Notes: generated from the letters alone by a model not told the origin. A DNA stretch of 63,685 nucleotides, filler included, from Globobulimina sp. (GCA_003354225.1; 20 parts of 20 records of this genome joined end to end with filler, not necessarily neighbours in it), one strand, 5' to 3'; shown: positions 12,895-25,538, counted from the whole stretch's first letter. Numbers and translations are program-made.

Positions 12895-15866
12895 TCAAAC
12901 ATCTTTCAATTCAACAATTTGATATTTATCACCATCCCTTTCAATATATCCCTTCTTGTCATTCCCCTGCAATTCCTTATCGATCGACATCACATGCGAT
13001 AACGTACAAAATGGGCCATAACTCGCCGCAATTCTCAATCCCATTTGCAACGATTCATTTGCAGTTTGCTTATTAAATGCTGACGCGTTTCTAGATCGCC
13101 CTTTTACTTTTTTCAACGTCGACTGACTGCCTAAATGTGCTTTTTTTTTATCCCCGCCACCTCCATCATTCTCCTCCGCCTCGTCATCATCATACCAATT
13201 CCCGCCGTTATCGTCGCCATTTTGTGCATATCCTCCACCATGACCGCCGGAGTTAGGATTAATAAAATCGTCATCCGGCTTTCCAGTCTCTTCATCGCCA
13301 TCATCGGCCTCTTTTTTTTTAATTTTTTCATTATTTTCATCATTTTCATCATAATCGCTGGGCCTTAGCACTGTAATTTCGATCTTTGATAAACTTACAA
13401 CAAATTCGCGCAACTCGTCTTCCGTTGGAAAGCCAGAAACGATTAAAAACCTATCATCAGTTAAACGATATAGTTTCAATTGAATGGATTGATTGTCTTC
13501 CATTTCGAACACGATTCGTTGCATAAACTTTATGAGCGTCAAGTCTCCGCATTTCCGGCCATAATTGTCGTTCAAATGTGAGAACTTGCGGATATTTGTC
13601 ACGATGAAGCCCAATTTCCAGCGCATTTTGTCCTGGACATCTTTGTTAAACCTATAAATATTTGGCAGCGAAGTCAAAGTGTCGACGTGGTGGACGAGGA
13701 AAAATGAGCCGCGACATAGTAACGACAACGGGCTCTGGAATAATAACTCCATGGCGTACGGGTACAATGCAAACGCGATCAAAATGATATAAATCACAAA
13801 TTTCTGTTCAAATTCGAATTTGAAATTCCGCATCACCCAGAATTTGCAAAATAGCACCACTGAAAACAACAAACGCACAAAACATTCGAAGCGAATCACG
13901 TTTTTGCCCCACGTTTGCTGCTTTCTTTGCTGTTGCTGGATGTCTGAGGACGCACTTTTTATGCTCGGCAAGATTTGAAATAAGCCGCAAACGCTCCACA
14001 TGGATAAAAGCATCGCTTGGATCAATTTGCCACCTTACAAAGCAAAGGAAATGTCAATGTATACAGAATTGCTGTGGAGGTTATGCGACTGCACATTTTT
14101 GTGTGTTATTTTGAAGAAAAGCTTTGTAATTAAATTAGTTCAACACTGGGTCTGCGCCGTTTGCGACAAAGTTGCTGATAGGCGATGGTAGCAATGGTTA
14201 TTTTGAAGGCGAAGAAGAATATAATATATCCCAAATACGACTGATGTCCAATCACGACCGAAAAATAAACACAGAAGAAATATACACCAAAGTATATACT
14301 GTACAAAAATAACAGAAATATCCCTGTTTTCACTGTATATTAACATGCCATTTATCTATCTGTTCAACAGAAATATAAATAATTTAACTGAGATCAAGCG
14401 TGATTTTGCACCACTTTGCTTTGCGTAGCTGTGCATTTTCTGCGTTTTCGTGAATTTCTGCAGTGTGCAGTTGGATGGGTTGGGTCAATATTGCTGAGCT
14501 CGGCATTTGTAAATTGCAATTAAGAAATGACACAATTCGAAAATGAAAATTAAAAAAAACTCATAATGCTGCATTATAACTTATAGTCAACAGACCTGAT
14601 TTTTTGATGGTAAGCTTAAAGTGTTGGAGTGGAGCGTCCATAGATTTGCCCAAAGCCGTGCTCCAAATAAATAAGACATACACGACATAGCCGCAGAGCA
14701 CAACGGCAATATATCCGAGCCAGACGCGAACGAATAATATGAGCAATAAGCCGCGAATTAAAGTGTCGATCCACAGCATGAGCAATACCGCAATATACTG
14801 CAACTTTGAGATGTTTTGCCAGAATCGGAAATGATACACCTTCGAGTAATGGACTACAGAGTCCATTAACAGCAGCAATATCGGGATGGTGTTGACGTGC
14901 TCGAACCAGAGCTGATGGGCAAAGTTTGTGGACCAATTCAAATACTCTTCGCCCAGGTAATCACTCCACGGATATTTCTGCCAGGAAAGCGATATAAAGT
15001 AACAAAACCATAAAATGCTGAATTCCACGATCTGTTTATACCAAAAAGTGTGACATTGCAGATTTGCAGCACTGACATGTAATTATAGATTTATATTAAC
15101 TTTGTACTGCATGAGACACTCTCGCATGATAATTTTCCTTTTTTCAAGGAAATACATGTCGACGCCGGCTAAGCCAAATATGAATAATGCGGTGTGGTAA
15201 AGTTGCTGTGTCCAGTCACCAATCAATGGATAAAAACCACCGCGCGAGGAACTGGCAGTTATTCTGAAGAATAGACACCAAAAAATGAGTAAAATGATAT
15301 AGGAAATGAACCAGATTAATTGTGGTGACTTGGATTTGTAATTGAGAACTCCGCTGCTTATAATTACTAAATACATCCATAATATTAATGATTTGATCAG
15401 TATCCATTTTCTGGCCGACTCTGGTAATGGTTCAGTTGAGTGCAGATTGTAATGTTTAGAGACTGTGCGTGTTGCTGATGATGCTCCTTTTTTGTTTTTG
15501 GCAGCATCGCCATCTACATTGTCAGTCCGGTCGTTGGTTACATCATCACTGGCCAGGGGAGGGTTGATTTCGTCGTCGAGTTCTTGCTGAGCTGCGTGGC
15601 GCCAAGCGTCTGAGTCTTCTTTTTCGTCCCAGTCGGATGGGTGGAGGTCTTCTGTGTTGCTGAGTTTATTTGCGTCTTCCTCATCTTCCATTTGCCACGA
15701 CATGATGGAGCTGGGAGTTTTGCAGTAGAGTTTTGCAAATATTGCAGCTCCAAGGAATGGAAGAAGCACTGTTGATTGCAGGGATTATATTTACAATCCT
15801 ATATTTTATCATATTGATAATATTGTGTATTGCTGGGATTACATCAGGCGTTGAAGGAGAAGATGG
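12895..15866 (-). CDS. Multi-pass membrane protein with C-terminal degenerate GGDEF (diguanylate-cyclase-like) domain, 5'-partial
   Basis: In-frame GT-AG introns 15032-15100, 14458-14595, 14333-14388 and 14034-14146 join the exons. After the last TM: DTLTSLPN, NIRKFSHLNDNYGRKCGD, YRLTDDRF. Confidence 0.75.
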
Positions 15867-15966
15867 NNNNNNNNNNNNNNNNNNNNNNNNNNNNNNNNNN
15901 NNNNNNNNNNTTAATTAATTAANNNNNNNNNNNNNNNNNNNNNNNNNNNNNNNNNNNNNNNNNNNN

Positions 15967-17377
15967 CCAGATTTAAAAGAAGGTCCGGCAGCAAATAATA
16001 TACCAAGCATTTCTTTATTAGAATTATTATATCCGTGATTTCCAACTGCTCTGTAATTGGAATATTCTGTGCCATTAATGTTTGCATAAAATGTATAACC
16101 AAGAAACGCTTCAACCATAAAATCAGGTATTCGATCATTAAAACCATTGTTAAAATAATATGGCATATTTCCATTTTCATAAATGTTATATTTGTACTTA
16201 TTATTCAAAATTGCTAACTCCATCGCATCAATATAGTCAGAAATGTTTCCAATTTGATAATCATACAAATATACAAACAAAATCCCAATATCAATTATAA
16301 AATACTCCACCTCTTCAAAATCAAATATTGCAGCATCTATTATAATTTGTTTTGACTCGTCTGAAATCGAGATATTTTCATTCCATTTTTGCACATTGGT
16401 CATTCCATGATCACTGACAATGACAATGTCTGTTTTATCAAACAACTTATTTACTTGCAACATATCCATAAATACTCCAATTTCTTCATCGATTTGTTCA
16501 ATTTGCTGCGCGACTTCGATCGAATCGGGTCCATATACATGGCCATAAAAATCTGGCTGATACATATATAATAATATTAAATCGTATCCAGATAGCATGA
16601 AATCAATACTTTTATTCATTTGGTCGATTAATAACCAGTCATATTCATATCTGTCATAATGAAACGTCGGATATCCGCTGATATTTTCATATCTTGCGCT
16701 GCAATTTGCTTTTGTGAGGGTGTGTCCTTACTGGTTATAAAGTGATTTTGTTACATATATGTTCGAGCCATAGCCAGTAAGGACACACCTAAACTGCCGG
16801 GAAAATAAAATGTCGCACTACTTTTATTTACTAATTTAGCAGTGTTCCATATCGGTTCCCCTTTGTAAAACTTTCCAGTGTGGTCCGCTTTATGTGTACT
16901 TGAGCTATAATACTGTTGCAACTTCGGATCATAAAATTGATTGGAAACAATGCCATGCGAAGCAGGATACATTCCCGTTACTATGGAATAATGACTCGAA
17001 TAGGTCTTTGTTGGGAATGTTGGTCGTAAGCCTCGCGGAGCAGACACTCCATTCAATTTAAAATAATAATCAATGTTTGGTGTCGATATGTTTTTATTCA
17101 AATAAGTATTGCCAAATCCATCTAATGATATTATTATCACTTTTCTACCTTCCTCGCAATGCGCAATTGGTGGCAATGTTGTTTTAGTTGTAACCAAGCA
17201 TACAATTAAGATTATCAATGCTGCCGTTAATAAAACAACCAGACAAAGGCATATTTTATTTTTTGAATATAATTTACTCTTTTTTGCAATTGATTTGTCG
17301 TTTTCAACGCTGATTGTAGCACGTTCTTCAATTTCGACGGATTTCACAGATGTGTAGCTAATCGTTTGCGTTGCCAT
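15967..17377 (-). CDS. Type II membrane ectonucleotide pyrophosphatase/phosphodiesterase (ENPP family), 3'-partial
   Basis: N-terminal TM, IISLDGF, PTFPTKT (catalytic Thr), PDFYGH, VSDHGM and GNHGY. Intron 16709-16788. Confidence 0.92.
16719..16789. mobile_element. Inverted-repeat element forming nearly the whole ENPP intron (Introner/MITE-like)
   Basis: GGTGTGTCCTTACTGG (16719-16734) and CCAGTAAGGACACACC (16774-16789) form a perfect 16-bp inverted repeat, 20 bp with 1 mismatch. Confidence 0.65.
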
Positions 17378-17496
17378 CAGTCAGTAAAGAAGCGAAAACA
17401 GAAACATTTTTAAAAAAAACAACCAAAACTAAATTTTCTGAATAAATGTACGGATTCTAAAACAAAATCATTTCTAACCAATCTACAGGGAAAGTA

Positions 17497-17893
17497 GTTC
17501 TTATATTGCGCAATATAAATTTGGACCTAGGACCTACGTATCCTTATTACATTTTCAGATTTTATAACAACATGTCACTCAAATAACATTTTATTTTGTA
17601 TATGAAATCTAAAATATAATTTTTTGTTTGAGAAAAGTTATTTTTACATAAAGTACTTCACTAACATACATGCAAGGAATTAGCAATATGGATTAAATTG
17701 GATTTGCCTGCATATTGTTTGGTGAAGATAACAGGCATTCAATTTTGAAGTTTTCGAGTTAGTACTTACTTCCAGTTTTTTATTTTTATCTTTACACTCA
17801 CATTCACAGAGCGTTTTTCCCAACGGTTTCAGGGTCTTGTACCCCACCAGGTTGCGCAATATAAGAACAGCCCCTTATCAGGAACACTACTGT
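17497..17893. mobile_element. Degenerate non-autonomous TIR element
   Basis: Perfect 17-bp inverted repeat GTTCTTATATTGCGCAA (17497-17513 / 17852-17868). The right end 17874-17893 recurs at 61335-61354 with 19/20 identity. Confidence 0.45.
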
Positions 17894-18063
17894 CAAATTC
17901 AACAAAAAAAAAGGGATATATAGATGGCATCGAAAATGGTAATATTTGTACGGTGCCAAAAAGAATGAAAAATTAAACTGACGAATCATGTCAGAAAGAT
18001 AACTGTAAATGTTCAAATGATAAAAATATACACAAATATGAAAATATTCAAAATCCTGTGAAT

Positions 18064-19044
18064 TTAAAAAGTTACATTGTTATTATCAAAATTTGCCCAA
18101 TTGTCATCAGCGGTGTTGTTATTCTTATTTTGTGCATTGTCAATATCATCAAAATTAGCCCAGTTCTCATCATCCGGATCCATAGTACCACCGTCATTTT
18201 GCACTTGTGTATTTAACCTCATTTGCATTTGTTTCAACTGCGTCTGCATTCTTTGCAATTCCTTTTGCATCGCAATAGGAGACAGAGACAGAGACATATT
18301 ATTCATATTATTCTTATTATCCTTATCCTGTTCCTGTTCCTGTTTCATTTTATATTTTTCCAATATCTTATTATTACTCTTTATCTTTGTGGCATTGCTC
18401 AACTTTTCATCATCATCATCTATCCCAAATTCATCCAATAAATTAATATTTTGCCATTGATTTGCTTTCTCCATTTCCACAAAATCCATCAAATTACAAT
18501 CATTCTGCACTGCACTCACTGCGATATTCTTATTCATGTTTATTTTTCCAATTATTTCATCTTCGGACTCTTCATCGGATTCGTCATTATCATATTCATC
18601 ATCTTGTAATATATGTTTTTGGTGTTTCTTTTTTTTGGATTTTTGTGGAGTTAAACAATACCATTTTTTTTCGATATATTTAAGATTAATAAATTGCCGC
18701 GATTTAAATTGATCAGAACGGATATTTGGTTTAAGTGATTGCTTAAAGCTCATTGACAACGATTCATAATTTTTATTGATTTTTTTATTTCCTCCTTTTG
18801 ACTTAAATGATTTATATGATGCATAATTCCATGAATCCAAATCGATTGATTTAATTTGTGAGTCATATAAATCTCTGTGAATGCATGAACATCGCATACA
18901 TAAAAATACCCCGATTGTTAATGAGACCCAGGTTGGTCGAGGAGTGCCACAATCAGCACATTTATCATTTTGTAAGTTTGATTTTTTACTCAATTTCTTT
19001 ACTTTTTCGCCATATTTTCTTGCTTCACGTTCTTTCTTTGACAT
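18064..19044 (-). CDS. ArfGAP domain protein
   Basis: CADC-x16-CMRC zinc finger, IHR arginine finger, KSIDLDSW and GGN. Two C-terminal NWANFD motifs. Confidence 0.92.
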   Translation of the reverse strand: MSKKEREARKYGEKVKKLSKKSNLQNDKCADCGTPRPTWVSLTIGVFLCMRCSCIHRDLYDSQIKSIDLDSWNYASYKSFKSKGGNKKINKNYESLSMSFKQSLKPNIRSDQFKSRQFINLKYIEKKWYCLTPQKSKKKKHQKHILQDDEYDNDESDEESEDEIIGKINMNKNIAVSAVQNDCNLMDFVEMEKANQWQNINLLDEFGIDDDDEKLSNATKIKSNNKILEKYKMKQEQEQDKDNKNNMNNMSLSLSPIAMQKELQRMQTQLKQMQMRLNTQVQNDGGTMDPDDENWANFDDIDNAQNKNNNTADDNWANFDNNNVTF

Positions 19045-19157
19045 TGTGTTCACAGATNNNNNNNNNNNNNNNNNNNNNNNNNNNNNNNNNNNNNNNNNNN
19101 NTTAATTAATTAANNNNNNNNNNNNNNNNNNNNNNNNNNNNNNNNNNNNNNNNNNNN

Positions 19158-22100
19158 CCATACCAACCAAACCTAAACATAATGCCTTATCCCATGCAAA
19201 ATATGCCCATATATCCCGCCAACAATCCCGCCATAATGTACTCGCATCAATTGATGTTACAACGGCAACAAAATGCTTTCTATCAAAGCAAAAACAAAGC
19301 AAAACCAGTCCCAAATCCAACACAAACACAGACTCAAAACCCAACGCCGCCTCAAACGCAAAATGCAGCCAAACCGTCACTGCAATCCATGATCAAAGGC
19401 ACCATCAAAATGGAACCAAACCCAAACACAAATATAGCGACAGCCACCGAGAAAAACACGGACAACAAAGTCAAGTTTTCCTTCAATAAAACAGTGAATA
19501 AAAGTGACAAATTGCAAGGGAATATAATGAGGCCACAACGGCGAGACTTTTCCTCTGAAGATGAAGAAATCAATCATGAATCCACCAGTTATACGTCAAG
19601 CTCCTCATATTCAGGCACAGCGTCGTCATTTGGTGGACGCAGTAGGTCCAATTCCATGGACAGAAACAAGCGGAGATACTATAAGTACAACAGAAGGGAT
19701 AGCCGTAGGGACAGATATAGGTACAATAGGCGCGAGAGAAGGGATAGATATCATAGGAGGAACAGCCACGGCCATCATAGTCGTACGCATGCACATAACC
19801 GAAGGGAGGGCAGAGAGGGCAGAGATGTACGGGAGAGAAGAGGTGGCAGTGTGGCGACCAATGTGTGTAAAGACGATGGACTGGAGAAGGTGATATCGGA
19901 TGTAATGGACAAATCGACGTTGTCTGACCCTTCGCCTACGTATCCATACAATGTGACGAAGCCGGACGAGCCGGTCAAGGCGATACATCCGGTCAAGCAA
20001 ATCAAGCAGATCCTGAGGGAGAAGAATGAGAAATGCAATGAGGGGATGCATGTCTGTGCGCTCACGCCGACACCGCCTACGCCTCTGACTGCGCAGGTGG
20101 AGAAGCATAATATTTCAGGTGTGTATGCTGTGCGTGGTTGTATGCGCTGTAACTTGCTTGAACGCTAAGATCGTTTTTGGGCTCATGGTGAGTACTAAAC
20201 TTTTTCAGTAACTTAAGGTTTTTTTTCACAGTGGTAAATGTGTGTATGATGGCTTGGATAACAGACTGTTTTCATGTATATAGGCGGTATGGGTGTAAGT
20301 AGCGGTCACTCTGTTTCGAATAAAAAATATTCATCGCCTGGCAAGAGTGATATGACGCATAGGACAAAGAATGAGCGACATCGCAGAGATGATAGGGAGA
20401 AGGAAAGGGAGCGGGATAGAAATAGAGAGAGGAACCGAGGGCGGAATCGAGACTATGAGGGGTACCGACGGAGGGACCGCAGACAGGACAGAGATAGGAA
20501 CAGATCGCGAGGCCGGGATTCACGGAGACATTTTCGATATAAATATTCAAATAAATCGACAGTGAATGCAAGGGATCGAGAGCGGAATGGCAATGGTAAT
20601 AATTACAGGGACAGAAGGCGGAAAAGAAGAAATCGAGGCAGATCACCATCGATTTCGTCGTCTATGCCCCGCAAAAATAATAATAGCAACAATAGGAGTG
20701 CTAAATCGATGAATCATAATAAAAATAATAACAATTTGCCGGAGAAGCAGAGAATGGGTAAAATAAAAAATGTCGCTGAGGCTGTGAAGGAGAAGAAAAA
20801 TGTTGAAAGCAACAAAAAAAAGACAAAGGATGACAGCGGGAATGGCGGTGTTGAGGTTCGGGTGAAGGAGAAAAGGAACATTGTGAGTTTAGAGGCGATG
20901 AAGCATCCATTGATGATACAATATCTTGAGACCAATCACGAGAAAGGAAGCAATGAAACGGGATCCGGAGAAAATGTGATGATTCAAGAAAAAGTACAGA
21001 ACGCAGTTTCAAATATACACAAAAAAAACAACCACGCAAATTCAGAGAGTGTCAACGATGAAAAGAGTAAAATTCGAAATTTAAAAGTTGAAAATAGCGG
21101 CAATTTGACGACGATCCAGGCGGTGTATAACAAAATAACGCAACATCACCAATTAAGCTCTCAAATACACGCAGATGACAACGAAATGGATGCGGAGTCT
21201 TCGATGTCTTCGTCGAATTCGAGTGATTATTACAAGCGATACAGTCACAGTCACAGTTCGTCGGTAAACCGGAAGAAGAAAAGCAAAAATGAAAATAAAT
21301 CCGATTGCAAGAAAACTAAAAACAAAAATAAAAGCAAAAAAAAAGGGGATCGGGCCAGTCGGCGAAGGAGATATTCGATTTCGTGCAGTCGCTCTCTGAG
21401 CAGATCCAGATCGCGTTCGAGGACTCGGTCTGATGATTCGTACTCAAATTCGCAGTCTCATTCACATTCACATTCACGTAGTCGTAGTCGCAGTCGGTCC
21501 GATGATTCGTATTCACACTCAAACTCAAACTCAAACTCATTTTCCTCAAATTCCCACTCGGAACGTTTGAGGTCGCGGCCTCGAAAGAAGTTGCATAAAA
21601 ATGTGAAGAATGCCAAGAATGAAAAAAAAGTGCTGGCTCCGCCACCGATTGGCGTCCGAGTCGAAGTGGCACCAAATCGGATATCGACGAATAACAAAAT
21701 AATTCAGACCCATTTCGTGAATAAAATGAATTTGCAGTCCATTTTCCATCCGCTTGTCATCGATGATCAATGCAGTTCCATTCCGGTGAGCAGTTCGAGC
21801 AATAAATGCCATGCAATGATTCAAACTGCTTCCTCTGTTTTGGGTGTTTTGGGGCGCCAAAAGCCGCCAAAGTTGGCCAAGAATGGCAATTTGGCCAAGT
21901 TTCTGCGAGGCAATGGCGAGGATTACAAGGTTATGAATGCGATTTGGAAGAAAGTGAATGAATGTTTTAAATCCTATAAAATGAAGGAAAGCGATGTGAT
22001 GCGATGCAAAGTGATTCGACAGCGAATATTTATTCTTTTATGCCGCGAATATTTACGGATTCGATCGCATCCGTTGCGGGAATGTGATATTTCAATTGAA

Positions 22101-22248
22101 GAGTTTTTAGAATATGGACACAAACATATGATATTTGACAAGATTTGCAAGATAAAAATGAAAAATTTCAAACTATTTCAGGACAATATTAAGCTGCAAA
22201 TTATGCGCAAATATAATGAGAAAATCAGTGAATACAAAAAATCAAAAG
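19158..22248 (+). CDS. Large Arg/Ser-rich low-complexity protein, partial at both ends
   Basis: Two long ORFs joined by intron 20119-20283, with RD/RE, RS and SH dipeptide tracts. Confidence 0.7.
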
Positions 22249-22566
22249 NNNNNNNNNNNNNNNNNNNNNNNNNNNNNNNNNNNNNNNNNNNNTTAATTAA
22301 TTAANNNNNNNNNNNNNNNNNNNNNNNNNNNNNNNNNNNNNNNNNNNNGAAGTTGAATGCGTATTTCTTGATGGATGGTAGCTCTCCAATGATAAAATGG
22401 GTCTGTATCACGTTTACGTGGTTCAATGCTATTAGCACTGTAGTCTAAGAGCAGCTTAATCAATGGATAGGGACGTTTGAGTGTTAGTACTTGGGATATT
22501 CGGTAGGAGATTGCCTCTGGCTTACCGAATAGGTAATTTTTAAGACGGAACATGGTTTGAAGTGGA

Positions 22567-23898
22567 GTGGAAGGACTGATAGCGTTTTTTGTTGAAATTT
22601 CCAGTTTGGTTGCTGTTCATCATGGACTCTGCTACATTCATGAGTGCGAGATATTATTCAGATTACGTATCCCAGCAACCATTCATCAGATGATCTGTTG
22701 TTACTTACTCAATTATTTTATTCATGGCATTGGATACAATGAATGCGGTGCCATGGGTTTTGGCACTAAAAAATGGGTCCGTAACTGGACACAATTGCTC
22801 GAAGCACAATATTTAATTACAAATATAAACCTTGTTTTTTTAAGCACCAAGAATATAATGTTCATTACCTCAAATAAAGAAATCTATGTTGCGGGCGATA
22901 ATGCGCAAGGCATATTAGGTATAAATGATAAACAACAGACAAATATTTTAGCATTCACCAAAGTGCAGACAAATATTACTCCAAAATTAATCTCCTCGCT
23001 ATCTTTGAAACATTCTTTTATTTATACAATGGATAAAAAGTTATATGCAAATGGCACAAATCAAGGTGGCAGTTTTGGTGATGGCAAAGTCTCAAAAACG
23101 AACCAAACTCACTCATTAGTTGAGATTGACACAACTTTTTTAATGTGCCATGAATATATCATTGACATTAAATGCAGAAACCATCGGTCCGCCTTTCTAA
23201 CCAATGTGGGGAATGTCTACTTTTGTGGCAATAATCCGTATGGTCAATGTGGTGTTATTCAACCACTGTTCATATTAACTCCAATTTTATGCCCAACCGT
23301 TAATAATCAGCGTGTGATTAGAATTGCGTTGGGTGTGCGGCATACGATGTTATTAGATGAGGAGCACAAAGTGCATGTATTTGGATTGAATGATTGTGGA
23401 CAGTTTGGATTGCCATCAAAATCGACTAAATCCACCAATTATAAATATAAGCCAATGTTGCACGCATTCTTTATCAAACGGAAAGTCGATATCGTTGATA
23501 TTGGATGTCAGAAAATAACGTCGTTGTTTGTTGATGATAAAGGCAATGGATATACGGCGGGATATAATACCTTTGGTAATTGTGGTAATGGGATAATATC
23601 TAAAACTGTGACGAAAGCATGTAAGTTACAATTAGGTGGAGATGAGGTAAGCATTGAGTCGCAGTCATGCGGCCGGGATCATACAGTCTTGTTATCAAAT
23701 CATAATAATTTGATTACATTTGGGGATAACTCACATTTCCAATGTTCGGTATTGAACCAAAATAAAATGATAAATTCTCCATATACCGTATCAAAAACAG
23801 ATGAATTATGTGTGAGTGAAAAGTCAGTCATATCTAAGGTTGTTGCGATGTATCAGAGCACCATAATTTTTATTGATCCTTACAATGCAATTGTATAA
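22567..23898 (+). CDS. RCC1/BLIP-II repeat beta-propeller protein
   Basis: Repeated G-x-N-x-x-G-Q-x-G units (GNNPYGQCG, GLNDCGQFG, GYNTFGNCG) and G-x-x-H-T motifs. True start uncertain. Confidence 0.85.
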   Translation: MEGLIAFFVEISSLVAVHHGLCYIHECEILFRLRIPATIHQMICCYLLNYFIHGIGYNECGAMGFGTKKWVRNWTQLLEAQYLITNINLVFLSTKNIMFITSNKEIYVAGDNAQGILGINDKQQTNILAFTKVQTNITPKLISSLSLKHSFIYTMDKKLYANGTNQGGSFGDGKVSKTNQTHSLVEIDTTFLMCHEYIIDIKCRNHRSAFLTNVGNVYFCGNNPYGQCGVIQPLFILTPILCPTVNNQRVIRIALGVRHTMLLDEEHKVHVFGLNDCGQFGLPSKSTKSTNYKYKPMLHAFFIKRKVDIVDIGCQKITSLFVDDKGNGYTAGYNTFGNCGNGIISKTVTKACKLQLGGDEVSIESQSCGRDHTVLLSNHNNLITFGDNSHFQCSVLNQNKMINSPYTVSKTDELCVSEKSVISKVVAMYQSTIIFIDPYNAIV

Positions 23899-24091
23899 AA
23901 TTCAGACTTTGTTTTAATTATTGCATTTGGCACTTGAGCTGAGTGTTTTTTGTTGCATTTAATTTCTTGTGTCTTGCCTGGAAAACTTTGAATCTGGCTC
24001 GATAATTAATAATATTGTGCAAGGATAATAATTCCATTTGTACATAAAAAAAATATAAATATGACACATTTTTAACAAAACGAATTTATAT

Positions 24092-25386
24092 TTAAGGCGT
24101 TGTAATCTCACTGTCTGAAATCACTCGGTTTAACTCCGTTCGTTGTGCCGGTTGTAAATTTTGTGCAGCTGCTCTCCGTTCTATCTGTTCATGAATCATT
24201 GCACTATTTACTTTCTTAAAATTAATTAATTTATCAAAATCAATTTCTGGATCAGCAACAGCATCATCATCATCATCGAAGGTGTAATGGTTTGTGATAG
24301 TCGCGGCCGCTTTCAGTCCGGTGTATGGCGACTCCATTTCTACATTCTTATCCTTATCCTTATTGCTTTCCAAATTAATATCAATATCTAGCTCTTTTGT
24401 TGACTTTTTACGAACTGTTGGGGCAAATGTTTGCGCATAAAAAGCAAATGTATCGCCTCGTAATTTAAGAACCGCCTTTCCTTCAATTTGTTTCTTTGTT
24501 TTTGCATCCAAACAGCCACATAACTTCAGATATGTTGTGTTGGCAAAACTAAATTGTAAATATATGCACAATATGTTTGAAACAACATCAACGGCAACCA
24601 ATATTTGCAACACATGGAACATATTATTCATATATTTGCTACCAAAAAGATTCAAAAACTGCAATAACATTGCAATTAATACCAACAATGTTGTGCTAAA
24701 TGATGTTGCTCCCAATACAAAATATTTAGCCATACATCCAACGAACTTTTGGTCTTTAAATGATAAATCTATTGTACTCGTTCTCTTCCTCAATGTTTCT
24801 TTAGTTTTACATCTGATTGTTACAATTTTGGCAGTTATTAGTTTCATCAATGTTCTGTATTCAATAATTTGCAATATTATGTTTTCCAATATTGATACTG
24901 TAGTTTGATTAGGTTTGGTAAATAATGTACAAACGCTATACCTAAATTACTGTATACAATGTTAGGAAACACAATGTTGTCATACCGTTGAAACACGTGC
25001 AAAATCCATATAGACACGAAAAAATACATAAATCCGCCAATCATAATTAATATACCTCCGATTAATTTAACTGATACATTGTATAATATCAGACCCGTGA
25101 TAGAAAATAATAGAATAAAAATGAATATAACAGAGATTATGACATAAAATATGTCTGATTTTGCATACATCGAATAGTTGAATGTTAAATATAATCTACA
25201 CAGCCAACATAAAAACAAATGCGATATTATAAGTCCATAGATGATAAATGAAACAAGTGTAGTAATATATGACCATTTATTTGATGCATTGCTGTGACAA
25301 ATTGATATGGTTGCACCAAAGGAAATTATTTGAAGAATACCTAAAATCATACATGAATAGAACATATATTTATATGTAAATGCCAT
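24092..25386 (-). CDS. Putative 7-TM receptor-like membrane protein
   Basis: About 5 TMs in exon 1 and 2 in exon 2, probable intron 24936-24985. D-x-x-x-N in the last TM, followed by YLKLCGCLD and a cytosolic tail. Confidence 0.6.
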
Positions 25387-25538
25387 CGAGTGAGTTTTCA
25401 ACTCGCGATGTCAGAAAATTGCAACAACAATGCTGATTNNNNNNNNNNNNNNNNNNNNNNNNNNNNNNNNNNNNNNNNNNNNTTAATTAATTAANNNNNN
25501 NNNNNNNNNNNNNNNNNNNNNNNNNNNNNNNNNNNNNN

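Noticed and set aside
19352-21860. Many antisense ORFs over the RS-rich gene, and similar shadow ORFs throughout the track
   Set aside because: They are reverse-frame shadows of low-complexity or longer coding sequence, with no motifs of their own.
22349-22566. Minus-strand ORF 22553 to contig edge as a possible retroelement end displacing the RCC1 start
   Set aside because: No RT, RNase H or poly-A signature is recognisable, and it is too short to support the call.
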